In this document: one piece after another, positions 30,570 through 40,058 of the stretch
Layout of the letters: each line of letters opens with the position of its first letter
How positions within the stretch are numbered: the first letter of the stretch is position 1
Source of the DNA: Minisyncoccota bacterium
GTDB taxonomy: Bacteria; Patescibacteriota; Minisyncoccia; Phycocordibacterales; DATDWN01
Direction: 5' to 3'
Assembly (NCBI GenBank): GCA_036517395.1
Contig: DATDWN010000001.1
Span: forward strand, 1-59,163
Length of the DNA: 59,163 nucleotides
Notes under the pieces: model-generated
Seen by the model: only the letters and a program-made list of their open reading frames with translations
Databases searched by the model: none
Told to the model about the DNA's origin: nothing
Translations under genes and position numbers: made by a program

Positions 30570-33083
30570 ATGAACTTAATTAACAAAATAAACATAAGAA
30601 AAACTTTTACGGGCCGCGGTCTGCTTCTAACGGGATTAATACTGGTTGTGGTGGGGGTATTTAGTTATGCGGGTAAAGTGGATGCGGAGGCTCCGACAAC
30701 GCCTTTACCTTCGACCCCAACCACTGGCACAATGACTAATTTTCCAACGGCAACTCCGACAGGAACAACGGCCGCACCAGATCCTTGTGCTTCCGAAGGG
30801 GTAGGACTTGCTTATGATGCCTGTAGAAATGCAAAATCAGCAGAAGAAAAAGGCCAACAATCCACTGGTTTCTTTCATTGGTTAAATCCATTCGAATGGG
30901 GACCGGCTTTATTAGGCTGGTTAGCTTACATAATACTCCAAATAATGGGTTTAATTCTCGGATTGGCTGGATTAATTCTGAACTTTGTCATAAAAACAAC
31001 AATTGTGGATATGTCGGCAAACATAAACAAGATGGAGGGCATAAATATAGCCTGGAAAGTTCTCCGAGACATAATGAACATCGGCTTTATATTTCTCCTG
31101 GTCTATGAGGCCATACTCCTTATCATCGACCAAGGAAGCATCGCCAACATAAAAAAGTTTATTACGGGCATAGTCCTAGCTTCGCTTCTCATAAACTTTA
31201 GTTTGTTTTTTACAAAAGTAATTATAGACGCATCAAATGTGGCAACAGTAGGTTTGTATAACAGCATACTTTCTGACACTGGAGCAGTGGATGCCACGAG
31301 CGGACTTTCAAACGCTTACCAGCAAGCTCTGGGCCTTCAGGGATTTTTTGCTCTAGGTGGGATTAAGGCCTTTTCTTCTCTGAGTGGTGGAGGCGATAAT
31401 TATAAAATGCTTACTGTTGGGCTCATGGCTTCTGTGCTATTTCTTATTACCTCTTTCGTATTTTTTTCTGTCAGTGTAATGTTTGTAGTCCGATATATCG
31501 TGCTCATAGTCCTCATGGTTTTGTCACCAATAGCCTATATGGGCATGGCTTATCCCAGTATGGGAGGAATAAAAAAATACGCCGGTCAATGGTGGGAAAG
31601 TTTATGGGGACAAGTCCTTTTTGCTCCAGTTTTTATGCTTATGACATGGGTCGTATTAATCCTTATAACAAGCCCTGGGTTTACGGGTATTGCCCTGGAT
31701 CCCGCGAAGTGGACAGCTTTTGCTGGTGGAACAGACCCATCGAATACGGGTTCCATTAATCTATTTTTTAACTTTGCCCTTGTTATAGGGCTAGCCATCG
31801 CATCCCTAGTCATATCCAAACAGTTTGCCACCCAAGGTTCAAGTCAAATCGGCAAACTTTCGGGAGAAGCTATGTCATTTGCTGGTGGGGCGGTAATGGG
31901 AGGAACTGCAAGACTACAGAGAAACACTCTCGGCAGGTGGGGAGCTAGCCAAGCAAATAACGAGGAGTTAAAGAAGAAAGCGGCGGAAGGCAATGTTCGT
32001 GCTCGTATGACACTTGCCGCGGCAAACAAGGCGGCAACAAGCAGTTTTGATGTTCGTGCGACAAATAAATTTAGTTCATTGGCAAAAACGTCGGGGGTAG
32101 ATTTTGGCAAAGTTGATAGTAAGAAAGAAAACTACAAAGCCATACGAGAGGAGGAAGTTAAAAAAGCCGAAGCAAAAGCAAAACAATACAAACCATCTGA
32201 CGCCGCATACGCAGAGGCAAAGGAAAAAGACAGGGTGGCCAAAGAGGCAGGAGAAGCGGCGGATGTAATGGCAAAGAATCTTAATACCGACGAATGGAAG
32301 GCGAGTGCTGAAGGTAAGGCTGAGAAAGCAAAGGCCGACCTTGATAAAGCAAACGAAAAAGTTACTGAGGCTGAGGCACAGCTAGTGGAAAAAGAGAAGG
32401 AAATGGCAGAAGCTATTACCGATGAACAGAAAGCTATTGTGGAAAGAGAGATAGAAGCACTGCAAGTGAGCCTCGACAGGAAAAAGGCTGATTCTAGAAC
32501 ATTGACTGATTTGGTAGACAGAAGCCAACCAGCACTTCTCGCTGCCCAAGCAAAGAGAAAAGAACTAAAAGAGATGAGGGATGCGTCAAAGGGAGACAAT
32601 GAATCTGCTCTAAATAGTGAGTACCAGAGACGAGTTGGACTTGTAGCCGCCAGAGTTGGACACGAAGATACAGATGCAGCCAAGAAAGCAAGAGCAAGGC
32701 TGGATAGCGGAGAGGTCCTGACGGAGGAGAAGAGAGCAGAACTCACGGAAACAGTGAAAAGAGAAAGTTTTGACACAGGAGGAAATAAAGCTATGAGGGG
32801 TCTGAATCATATCGTTCGTGGAACAACGAGTACTATCTTCGGTGGTTCAATGCCAATGAGTAAAAAAGAAAGAGAAGCAGTGGCAAGAAAGATTAGAGGA
32901 GTTGCAAAAGAGAAGACAAAGAAAGAAAAGGCGCAAGATGCTGCTCTAGCGGCGTACTTGGAAGAAGAGGAGGAAAAGAAAACAGCGAGCGGGGTCTCAC
33001 CATCAGCAGCGGCAGAACCAGCTCCAACTGCACCAGCCCCACCACCTCCACCGACTCCAACTCCACCACCAGCAGGACCTTAA
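30570..33083 (+). CDS. VirB6/TrbL-like polytopic membrane protein with long charged coiled-coil tail
   Basis: 837-aa ORF. Signal/TM, then about 7 TM helices. C-terminal Lys/Glu/Ala-rich region and a Pro-rich end (PAPPPPPTPTPPPAGP). Confidence 0.6.
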   Translation: MNLINKINIRKTFTGRGLLLTGLILVVVGVFSYAGKVDAEAPTTPLPSTPTTGTMTNFPTATPTGTTAAPDPCASEGVGLAYDACRNAKSAEEKGQQSTGFFHWLNPFEWGPALLGWLAYIILQIMGLILGLAGLILNFVIKTTIVDMSANINKMEGINIAWKVLRDIMNIGFIFLLVYEAILLIIDQGSIANIKKFITGIVLASLLINFSLFFTKVIIDASNVATVGLYNSILSDTGAVDATSGLSNAYQQALGLQGFFALGGIKAFSSLSGGGDNYKMLTVGLMASVLFLITSFVFFSVSVMFVVRYIVLIVLMVLSPIAYMGMAYPSMGGIKKYAGQWWESLWGQVLFAPVFMLMTWVVLILITSPGFTGIALDPAKWTAFAGGTDPSNTGSINLFFNFALVIGLAIASLVISKQFATQGSSQIGKLSGEAMSFAGGAVMGGTARLQRNTLGRWGASQANNEELKKKAAEGNVRARMTLAAANKAATSSFDVRATNKFSSLAKTSGVDFGKVDSKKENYKAIREEEVKKAEAKAKQYKPSDAAYAEAKEKDRVAKEAGEAADVMAKNLNTDEWKASAEGKAEKAKADLDKANEKVTEAEAQLVEKEKEMAEAITDEQKAIVEREIEALQVSLDRKKADSRTLTDLVDRSQPALLAAQAKRKELKEMRDASKGDNESALNSEYQRRVGLVAARVGHEDTDAAKKARARLDSGEVLTEEKRAELTETVKRESFDTGGNKAMRGLNHIVRGTTSTIFGGSMPMSKKEREAVARKIRGVAKEKTKKEKAQDAALAAYLEEEEEKKTASGVSPSAAAEPAPTAPAPPPPPTPTPPPAGP

Positions 33084-33087
33084 AAAC

Positions 33088-33834
33088 ATGGATACAGAAA
33101 CACTAAACAAAATGCCTGATTATGTGAAGAACTTGCCGAAAGCCGTGCAGGATTTGATTTTTGATGGTGTTTGGGAGGAAAGAACAGCAGAAATTGCCAA
33201 GAAATATTCTCTTAGTGACACCCAAGCAGATTCACTAATAAATACAGTGCTTTTGGTTATGATTGGACTAGAGGATCCTGATACATTCCTAGAAACTATC
33301 ATCGCCGACCTCGGAATTTCTCGACTTCTTGCTGAACAGATAAATGAGGATTTAGAAACTAGGGTTTTTGAGTATGCGCTACGAACAGTAGAGAAGAAAG
33401 AGGAAATAATGTCAAAATCCAAACCTCAAATTTCTAATGAAGTTCATGGTTTACCTATGTCGGACATAGGGAGAAAAAAACCAGAACCCTTCCAAATTAT
33501 GGCAAGGACTCCCCTTGGCACAGAACCCAAGGTGCCTGAAATCAAACCCGAAATTTTGCCTATGATAGAGGAGGACCCGCCTTCGCAGGGCTTCAGCCCG
33601 CTACGCCAAAGCGAGAGCGAGACGAGCGAGGCAAGGGGAGAAAAAGTTCACATAAATAGACCTGAAGCAGTCCAGAGACCGGTTGAAGTTCCAAGATTTA
33701 CAGGGGCGCCAATAGAAGAAGAGAAATCAACTATTCCAGTCAATCTACCGACAGCTCCAGAGCCACTAAAACCGGAACCAGTTAAAATAGATCACAAATA
33801 TGTGGTGGATCCGTACAGGGAAAACATTGAGTAA
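33088..33834 (+). CDS. Hypothetical protein carrying an in-frame REP palindrome
   Basis: 248-aa ORF. Codons for GLPMSDIGR are the 17-bp palindrome at 33454..33470. Confidence 0.65.
   Translation: MDTETLNKMPDYVKNLPKAVQDLIFDGVWEERTAEIAKKYSLSDTQADSLINTVLLVMIGLEDPDTFLETIIADLGISRLLAEQINEDLETRVFEYALRTVEKKEEIMSKSKPQISNEVHGLPMSDIGRKKPEPFQIMARTPLGTEPKVPEIKPEILPMIEEDPPSQGFSPLRQSESETSEARGEKVHINRPEAVQRPVEVPRFTGAPIEEEKSTIPVNLPTAPEPLKPEPVKIDHKYVVDPYRENIE
33454..33470. repeat. REP-like palindrome CCTATGTC-G-GACATAGG (copy a, intragenic)
   Basis: Perfect 8+1+8 palindrome, the same as the copies flanking the RAYT-like gene. Confidence 0.85.
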
Positions 33835-33835
33835 T

Positions 33836-34408
33836 ATGAAACAGAAAAAAATGCCCACAAAAGTAGTTTCCATCCCGGTCGAAATTATAGAGCGACGAAT
33901 TTATCTAGTTCGTGGACAAAAAGTTATGCTTGATAGTGACTTGGCAGACTTGTACCAAGTTCTTACAAAAAACCTAAACAAGACAGTTCGAAGGAATCTT
34001 GATCGTTTTCCAAAAGATTTTATGTTTCAATTAAACAAGGAAGAAGTCACGAACTTGAGGTTCCAATTTGGAACCTCAAGTTCAAGGTCGCAATTTGAGA
34101 CCTTGAACAATACCTATGGTGGTCGTCGTTACTTACCCCATGTCTTCACAGAACATGGTGTCGCCATGTTATCTTCTGTGCTAAATAGCAAGCGAGCCGT
34201 GCAAATGAATATTTTAATAATTCGCGCTTTTGTAAAATTAAGAGAAATGCTAGCAAACAATAAAGAGCTGGCTGGTCGTATAGAGAAAATAGAAAATACC
34301 CAGAAAAAACATGGGTCAGTTATAAACTTACTTGCTTCAGAAATTGATAAACTAAAAATTCCACCACCATTAAAAAAGAAGGAACAAATCGGTTTTAAAC
34401 CAAAATAA
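33836..34408 (+). CDS. ORF6N (KilA-N-like) domain protein
   Basis: IERRIYLVRGQKVMLDSDLADLYQVLTKNLNKTVRRNLDRFPKDFMFQL...GGRRYLPHVFTEHGVAMLSSVL. Start at MKQKK directly after the previous stop. Confidence 0.8.
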   Translation: MKQKKMPTKVVSIPVEIIERRIYLVRGQKVMLDSDLADLYQVLTKNLNKTVRRNLDRFPKDFMFQLNKEEVTNLRFQFGTSSSRSQFETLNNTYGGRRYLPHVFTEHGVAMLSSVLNSKRAVQMNILIIRAFVKLREMLANNKELAGRIEKIENTQKKHGSVINLLASEIDKLKIPPPLKKKEQIGFKPK

Positions 34409-34420
34409 TAATAAAAGGCC

Positions 34421-34855
34421 ATGCGCTACCAAGTACCACAATTTATAGAAATAGAGGACAAGGTCATAGGGCCTTTAACCATAAAGCAGTTTATATACCT
34501 CGTTGGTGGAGCGGGAATGTCTTTCATCATGTACTCCTATCTGCCTATTTATATATCCCTAATACTGATAGTTGTTATTATTCCACTATCACTTGCTTTG
34601 GCTTTTTATAAAATAAACAATAAACCATTTATTGACTTTCTCGAATCGGCTTTTCTTTTCTATACCAAAAAAAATCTCTACATTTGGAAAAAAGAACCCA
34701 AAGAAATAGTAAAGAAAGATGTGGCGACACCGGCAAATACAGAGGTCTATGTGCCAAGACTTTCTGACAGCAAACTAAAGGAGCTGTCATGGACGCTGGA
34801 TATAAATGAGAATTTAAATCCACTGACGGGGAACGATGGAAAGAATACGAAGTAA
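34421..34855 (+). CDS. PrgI-family (VirB3-like) T4SS membrane protein
   Basis: MRYQVPQFIEIEDKVIGPLTIKQFIYLVGGAGMSFIMY followed by a second TM helix. Typical of the PrgI family in Gram-positive-type T4SS. Confidence 0.7.
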   Translation: MRYQVPQFIEIEDKVIGPLTIKQFIYLVGGAGMSFIMYSYLPIYISLILIVVIIPLSLALAFYKINNKPFIDFLESAFLFYTKKNLYIWKKEPKEIVKKDVATPANTEVYVPRLSDSKLKELSWTLDINENLNPLTGNDGKNTK

Positions 34856-34961
34856 TTTTCAGTTTTCAATTTTACAATTTTCAATCAATGTTTCAATTTA
34901 CAATTTTGAAAATTAATTCATTGTAAATTCAATGAAAATTGAGAATTGTAAATTGAAAATT
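34854..34961. repeat. Family A palindromic intergenic element (copy 3)
   Basis: AATTTTCAGTTTTCAATTTTACAATTTTCAATC...GAAAATTGAGAATTGTAAATTGAAAATT. Confidence 0.75.
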
Positions 34962-34977
34962 ATGTTATAATTATTCC

Positions 34978-35616
34978 ATGCCCGTCTCATCCAAAGCCAC
35001 ACAAGAGTTCGTTCCGATAAAAGAAGTGCGTGACGGCATTGTTGTTTTGAAAGATGGCTCTATGCGAGGTGTTGTTTTGGCATCGTCTCTTAACTTTTCT
35101 CTTAAATCCGAGGATGAACGCAACGCCATCATCCTGCAGTTTCAGGATTTTCTAAACTCTTTGGATTTTTCTATACAAATATGCATCCAGTCTAGAAGGC
35201 TAGATATACGGCCGTATATAGCCCTGCTAGAGGATAGGTATAAAGAGCAGATAAATGATCTTATGAAAATACAAACTCAGGAATACATAGAGTTCATACG
35301 CAAATTTACCGAGACAACAAACATAATGACAAAAAGTTTTTTCATTATCGTTTCCTACGATCCGGCAATGATAAACATAAAAAGCGGAGGCGTGGCTGGG
35401 TTTTTCAAAAAGAAATCAGCGGGAGAGGAGCTACAGGCAAAACAAGCGGGGTTTGAAGAAAACAGAACCCAGTTGGAACAAAGGGTTTCTGTGGTCGAGC
35501 AGGGATTGTCCAGATGCGGAATACGGGTCATACGTCTGGGAACAGAGGAGGTCATAGAGCTGTTCTACAAAATATTTAATCCTGGGGATGCTGAGAAGCC
35601 GATAAAGCTAAGTTGA
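34978..35616 (+). CDS. T4SS-associated protein resembling a stand-alone VirB4 N-terminal domain
   Basis: 212-aa ORF. VPIKEVRDGIVVLKDGSMRGVVLASSLNFSLKSEDERNAIILQFQDFLNSL parallels the N-terminal region of conjugative VirB4/TraE-type ATPases and of the next large ORF. No Walker motifs. Confidence 0.5.
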   Translation: MPVSSKATQEFVPIKEVRDGIVVLKDGSMRGVVLASSLNFSLKSEDERNAIILQFQDFLNSLDFSIQICIQSRRLDIRPYIALLEDRYKEQINDLMKIQTQEYIEFIRKFTETTNIMTKSFFIIVSYDPAMINIKSGGVAGFFKKKSAGEELQAKQAGFEENRTQLEQRVSVVEQGLSRCGIRVIRLGTEEVIELFYKIFNPGDAEKPIKLS

Positions 35617-35648
35617 AAGTGTGAAAGTAGAAAGTGTGAAAGTGAGGA
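35612..35648. repeat. Family C (GTGTGAAAGT) repeat, left arm around the four-helix-bundle gene
   Basis: GTTGAAAGTGTGAAAGTAGAAAGTGTGAAAGTGAGG. Complementary to 36027..36063. Confidence 0.75.
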
Positions 35649-35677
35649 GATAAAAATAGAAAGTTGAAAGTAATGCA

Positions 35678-36028
35678 ATGAAAATAGAAAAATTTGAAGA
35701 TATGCAAACATGGCAAAAAAGTAAGGGTTTAGCGATAGAGATATACCAGTGTTTTAAATCTTGTAGAGATTTTAGCTTCAGAGATCAAATTCAAAGAGCA
35801 ACAATAAGCATCTCCAACAACATCGCAGAAGGCTTTGAAAGATTAGGAAATAAAGAATTTAGAAAGTTTTTATACATTTCAAAAGGCTCATGTGGTGAGG
35901 TTAGATCAATGTTATACTTAAGTTTAGACTTTAAATATATCTCTCAGAAAGATTTTGACAGACTTAACTTTTCAACGACAGAAATCTCAAAGATGTTAGC
36001 TGGTTTTATTAAAAAGATGGTTATTTAA
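35678..36028 (+). CDS. Four-helix-bundle protein (23S rRNA intervening-sequence protein family)
   Basis: 116-aa ORF. W..S..L...IY......F....F..QI.RA..SI..NIAEG pattern (QIQRATISISNNIAEGFERLGNKEFRKFLYISKGSCGEV). Confidence 0.8.
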   Translation: MKIEKFEDMQTWQKSKGLAIEIYQCFKSCRDFSFRDQIQRATISISNNIAEGFERLGNKEFRKFLYISKGSCGEVRSMLYLSLDFKYISQKDFDRLNFSTTEISKMLAGFIKKMVI

Positions 36029-36063
36029 CTTTCACACTTTTAACTTTTTTCTTTCACACTACA
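36027..36063. repeat. Family C repeat, right arm
   Basis: AACTTTCACACTTTTAACTTTTTTCTTTCACACTACA, ending 1 nt before the VirB4 ATG. Confidence 0.75.
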
Positions 36064-37881
36064 ATGTCAATCTTTGATTTTTTAAAACCGAAAAAAGAGG
36101 AGGCTCAAATATCTACGATATTGCCGCAGGAGATATATGACTCTGGCACTTTGGAATTGAAAGATATTATTGCTCCAAGCGCTCTCGAGGTGACGCCGAA
36201 AGAAATAAACCTCGGCGAAAAGGTTCTCCGAAGTTTTTTCGTTATTTCCTATCCGAGATATTTGTCTGAAAACTGGTTCGGACCGATAATAAACCTCGAT
36301 AAAATATTTGATATAGCTATTTTCATACAACCGATAGAAACGGCCCAGGTTTTAAGAACATTTCAGAAAAAAGTGGCCGAGGTGCAGAGCCAAATAAATA
36401 CTCGCGAGGCAAAGGGCCTAGTCAGAAACCCAATGCTCGACACAGCATATCAAGATTTGGAAAATTTGCGTGATGAGCTACAGCAAGCACAGGAAAGACT
36501 TTTTGATGTTGGACTTTACATTACTATATATGGAGACTCAAGTTCGGAACTGGATAAAATAGAATCCGAAGTCAAATCAATTCTCGAGGCCAAACTGGTT
36601 TACGTTAAACCAGCGCTTTTCCAACAAGAACAGGCTTTCAAAACCACTATTCCTCTCGGAACTGACGGTCTGCAGGTCTATAGCAAACTAAATTCATCAC
36701 CACTGTCGTCCCTTTTTCCTTTTGTATCATTTGACCTGACTTCGGATAAAGGTATTTTGTATGGGATAAACAGGCACAACTCGTCTTTGATTCTTTTTGA
36801 CAGATTTTCTTTGGAGAATTATAACTCGATTTGCTTCGCTAAGAGCGGATCTGGTAAAAGTTTTATGACTAAACTGGAGATATTGCGAACTCTGATGTTT
36901 GACGCCGATGTCATCGTCATAGATCCAGAAAAAGAGTACGAGTACCTAGCCGAGGCGGTGGGTGGTAGATACTTCAACATTTCTCTTAACTCCGAGCACC
37001 ACATAAATCCGTTTGAACTCTCTGCGCCGAGCGAAGGGGAGTCGTTTTCAAATGTTTTGCGTTCAAACATTATAAACCTTGTTGGGCTTTTCCGAATCAT
37101 GATGGGAGGACTTTCGGCAGAGGAAGACGCTATAATCGACCGAGCTATTACGGAAACTTACGCGCTGAAAGACATCACAGCAGACTCCAACTTTGAAAAC
37201 GTTGAGCCGCCACTGATGTCTGATTTTGAGCTGGTTCTCTCTGGTATGGAAGGAGGGGACTCTCTTGCCCAGAGACTGTCGAAATACACCCGTGGCACAT
37301 GGGCTGGGTTCATAAATAGACCAAGTAATGTTGATATAAATAAGAAGTTTATCGTCTTTTCTCTGCGCGATATGGAGGATGAATTGAAACCAATCGCCAT
37401 GTATATAGTCATGCACTATATATGGAACATGATCAGGAAGAAACTGAAAAAGCGACTACTTGTCATAGACGAGGCGTGGTGGATGATGAAGTCAGAAGAC
37501 ACGGCCTCTTTCCTTCTCTCTCTGGCCAAACGCGGAAGAAAATATTTCCTTGGCCTAGCTACAATAACCCAGGACGTGGACGACTTCATGAAATCTCCAT
37601 ACGGTGTGCCTATTATTACAAACTCTTCTATTCAGATCCTTTTGAAACAATCACCAACTGCCATAGATAAACTACAAGCCACGTTTAACCTGACAGATGA
37701 GGAGAAATACCTGCTACTAGAGTCCGATGTTGGTGAAGGTATTTTCTTTGCCGGTCTCAAGCACGTGGCAATAAAAGTCATCGCTTCCTACACAGAAGAG
37801 CAAATAATTACATCTGACCCTTCACAAATTCTCTCGATAAAGAAAGCCAAGGCGGAGCTGGAGGGTAGTGCGGAAAAATAA
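36064..37881 (+). CDS. virB4: VirB4-like T4SS ATPase
   Basis: 605-aa ORF. Walker A AKSGSGKSF, Walker B LLVIDEAW, TQDVDDF. The N-terminal domain is typical of Gram-positive conjugative ATPases. Confidence 0.85.
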   Translation: MSIFDFLKPKKEEAQISTILPQEIYDSGTLELKDIIAPSALEVTPKEINLGEKVLRSFFVISYPRYLSENWFGPIINLDKIFDIAIFIQPIETAQVLRTFQKKVAEVQSQINTREAKGLVRNPMLDTAYQDLENLRDELQQAQERLFDVGLYITIYGDSSSELDKIESEVKSILEAKLVYVKPALFQQEQAFKTTIPLGTDGLQVYSKLNSSPLSSLFPFVSFDLTSDKGILYGINRHNSSLILFDRFSLENYNSICFAKSGSGKSFMTKLEILRTLMFDADVIVIDPEKEYEYLAEAVGGRYFNISLNSEHHINPFELSAPSEGESFSNVLRSNIINLVGLFRIMMGGLSAEEDAIIDRAITETYALKDITADSNFENVEPPLMSDFELVLSGMEGGDSLAQRLSKYTRGTWAGFINRPSNVDINKKFIVFSLRDMEDELKPIAMYIVMHYIWNMIRKKLKKRLLVIDEAWWMMKSEDTASFLLSLAKRGRKYFLGLATITQDVDDFMKSPYGVPIITNSSIQILLKQSPTAIDKLQATFNLTDEEKYLLLESDVGEGIFFAGLKHVAIKVIASYTEEQIITSDPSQILSIKKAKAELEGSAEK

Positions 37882-37884
37882 CAA

Positions 37885-38045
37885 AACCTCGTCGAGGCAA
37901 AATCTTTTCAGAGACTCCACAGGCCTGAAGCTTGGCTCTGTCAAGGTACCCTACCTTGACAGATTCAGGCCGAGGACTAAGTGAGCTCGACGCAGGAGAG
38001 AGCGAACGGTCTCTGAAAAGTTTTTGGTGAGAAAGAGATTTTGTT
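37885..38045. repeat. Long branched intergenic hairpin element
   Basis: CAAAATCTTTTCAGAGAC / GTCTCTGAAAAGTTTTT arms. Inner hairpins GCCTGAA...TTCAGGC and TGTCAAGGTA-CCC-TACCTTGACA. Ends with GGTGAGAAAGAGATTTTG, the exact reverse complement of 15031..15048. Confidence 0.7.
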
Positions 38046-38066
38046 ATTTTTTGTTATACTAAAGTT

Positions 38067-39254
38067 ATGGAAAATGATGCCGAAAATCCTCAGGAGAAGA
38101 CTATTCCTCCTCAACTCCAAAACAAATTGGGGCAAATCGGAAGACAAATGGCCGAGTCAGCGGCCAGATTTGAAAAAAGAAACCGATGTACAAATACAAC
38201 TGTCTTTTTAATGCTTTCTGTTGCTCTTTTTTATGACTTACTACAATTTGGCTTAGATTGGATACCTTTTATTGGCTGGATAGGCTCTATGCTTGTTGGG
38301 GTTTATGCTTGGTTAACATTTTACACATGGACTTCTATACTGGGCTGGAACAAGGCTGATACAGCCGTAAAATATCTTGTAACCTCGGAAAGAGGAGTGA
38401 AATTTTTTGCTAGATATGTTTTTCCCTTCATCGGCATAGTACCTGTAGTAAATGCCATACCAGAAATAACTGCGGGGGTTTTGATTAGTATATTGCTGAT
38501 CAAGGCACAGGATACTCTTTACAATAGATCACAAGGTAAGATAGACGAGAATGTAATAATGGAAGGTATCGCTTTCTTTGACATGTTTAGAAATGTTTAT
38601 AGTGACAAATGGACGGATAAGCCGAGATATCAGTCAAAAAATAAAGAGAAAACTCGTCCAACAAAACGACTAGACAAAAATAAGCCTTATGGCGGTCTTC
38701 ATATGGGTAATGAAGCTACTGATGCACTACGCAAACAGGCGGTCATAGGCGGTGGACCTACTGATTCTATTATTGATGTTAGTAGGGGTACACAAGAAAG
38801 GCGAAACCTAGAAGCAACAAAAAGAAAGAACAGAAATGATATGCTCCCACCTGGTCAAGAAGGAAGGGGGATTCCATCAGGAAATCAGTCAAATATCCCA
38901 TCAGATAGTAGTAAAAATAATGGTAAAACTGACTCCATGTCAATCCATGACGAACTATGGGAACTTAATGCTAAACCAGACCTCAGCAAAGAAGATAAGG
39001 AAAGATTGTTAAAAGCTCACTGGATTATGGAACATAATCATATTGAAGACAAAGAAAAAGATGACCCCGTTTTGCTACGAGCTTTCGAAAGAGCTAATCG
39101 TGGGGAGGTTATTTTTGATGGCTCTCCAGAAAAAAGACATGGTTTCAAATTTAGTAATGTTCAAATCGTCAACGCCACCAATACAATAGCGGGTCGTGAT
39201 TTTGACTCATTAAATCCTCAATATGGTAACAACGGAAAGAGTAGTTCAAAGTGA
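38067..39254 (+). CDS. Membrane protein with Lys/Asn-rich C-terminal domain, unknown function
   Basis: 395-aa ORF with 3-4 TM helices in the first 170 aa. Confidence 0.65.
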   Translation: MENDAENPQEKTIPPQLQNKLGQIGRQMAESAARFEKRNRCTNTTVFLMLSVALFYDLLQFGLDWIPFIGWIGSMLVGVYAWLTFYTWTSILGWNKADTAVKYLVTSERGVKFFARYVFPFIGIVPVVNAIPEITAGVLISILLIKAQDTLYNRSQGKIDENVIMEGIAFFDMFRNVYSDKWTDKPRYQSKNKEKTRPTKRLDKNKPYGGLHMGNEATDALRKQAVIGGGPTDSIIDVSRGTQERRNLEATKRKNRNDMLPPGQEGRGIPSGNQSNIPSDSSKNNGKTDSMSIHDELWELNAKPDLSKEDKERLLKAHWIMEHNHIEDKEKDDPVLLRAFERANRGEVIFDGSPEKRHGFKFSNVQIVNATNTIAGRDFDSLNPQYGNNGKSSSK

Positions 39255-39319
39255 CGAATGGTTAACCCAAAATACCAAGACATACCTTATGAAAAAAGAG
39301 ATTTAAGTACTATCCTATA

Positions 39320-40042
39320 CTATCCTATGTCCGACATAGGGAGATTATAACTTAACCAATCAAAAATTTCTTGATCAAAAACTTTCACATCTGAAAAATA
39401 CTCCGGAAAATCGTTTGGGTTAATTATTTTATTTTCAGGCCTTTTAACCTCTCTAAAATCTGAATAACTGCTCCATCTGTACCCATCGAGAAAATCAAGG
39501 ACTTTCTTCTGATCCCGAATCCCATTTTCTTTCCAATTCGGATCTATTATTTTTACAGGATTAAGGTGATTGTATGAAAATAAATATTTGGCTTGATTAT
39601 CATCAGTTATGTGCACCGACTTGAATTTACCCTCAAATAATCCACCAGTCCTTTCATATTTTTTGTTAAAATACTTTACATACGATGTTAGTAATTTTCT
39701 CATAAACATGGATATACCATTATCACCTATGTCATCACCTATGTCCGACATAGGGGACTCAGAATTATCTAGACATTTTACATACAAATGAAAATGATTT
39801 GACATCATAACCCATGCTCCGATTGATAAAATTCTCCCGCCGCGATCAAAATCCCATGCATCAATATTTTCATTTACTATATCATCTCTAAAATTTATAT
39901 TCTTAGTTGAATTGCAAAGATATAGTAATTTCGTAAAACGCTCCCTATCATGATTATCGAGAAAAATATCCTGCTTACTATTTCCTCTAGAATATAAATG
40001 GTAATATTCTCCAGTTTCAAAAATGTTTTGTCTATTTTTCAC
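39320..40042 (-). CDS. REP-associated tyrosine transposase-like (IS200/Y1 HUH family) protein
   Basis: YHLYSRGN, HUH motif MSNHFHLYV, catalytic-Tyr region YLFSYNHLNPVK...YRWSSY. The gene is bracketed by, and contains, the CCTATGTC(G/C)GACATAGG palindrome. Confidence 0.75.
   Translation of the reverse strand: MKNRQNIFETGEYYHLYSRGNSKQDIFLDNHDRERFTKLLYLCNSTKNINFRDDIVNENIDAWDFDRGGRILSIGAWVMMSNHFHLYVKCLDNSESPMSDIGDDIGDNGISMFMRKLLTSYVKYFNKKYERTGGLFEGKFKSVHITDDNQAKYLFSYNHLNPVKIIDPNWKENGIRDQKKVLDFLDGYRWSSYSDFREVKRPENKIINPNDFPEYFSDVKVFDQEIFDWLSYNLPMSDIG
39324..39340. repeat. REP-like palindrome (copy b, forms the 3' end of the RAYT-like CDS)
   Basis: CCTATGTC-C-GACATAGG. Encodes the C-terminal LPMSDIG. 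Confidence 0.85.
39738..39754. repeat. REP-like palindrome (copy c, inside the RAYT-like CDS)
   Basis: CCTATGTC-C-GACATAGG preceded by a partial duplicate CACCTATGTC. Encodes SPMSDIGDDIG. Confidence 0.85.
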
Positions 40043-40058
40043 AATATTATTATATCAC

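Noticed and set aside
32132-32776. 214-aa minus-strand ORF inside the VirB6-like gene
   Set aside because: It is a Ser/Ala/Leu-rich shadow frame, antisense to the Lys/Glu/Ala coiled-coil coding region. The forward frame is continuous with a clear membrane domain.
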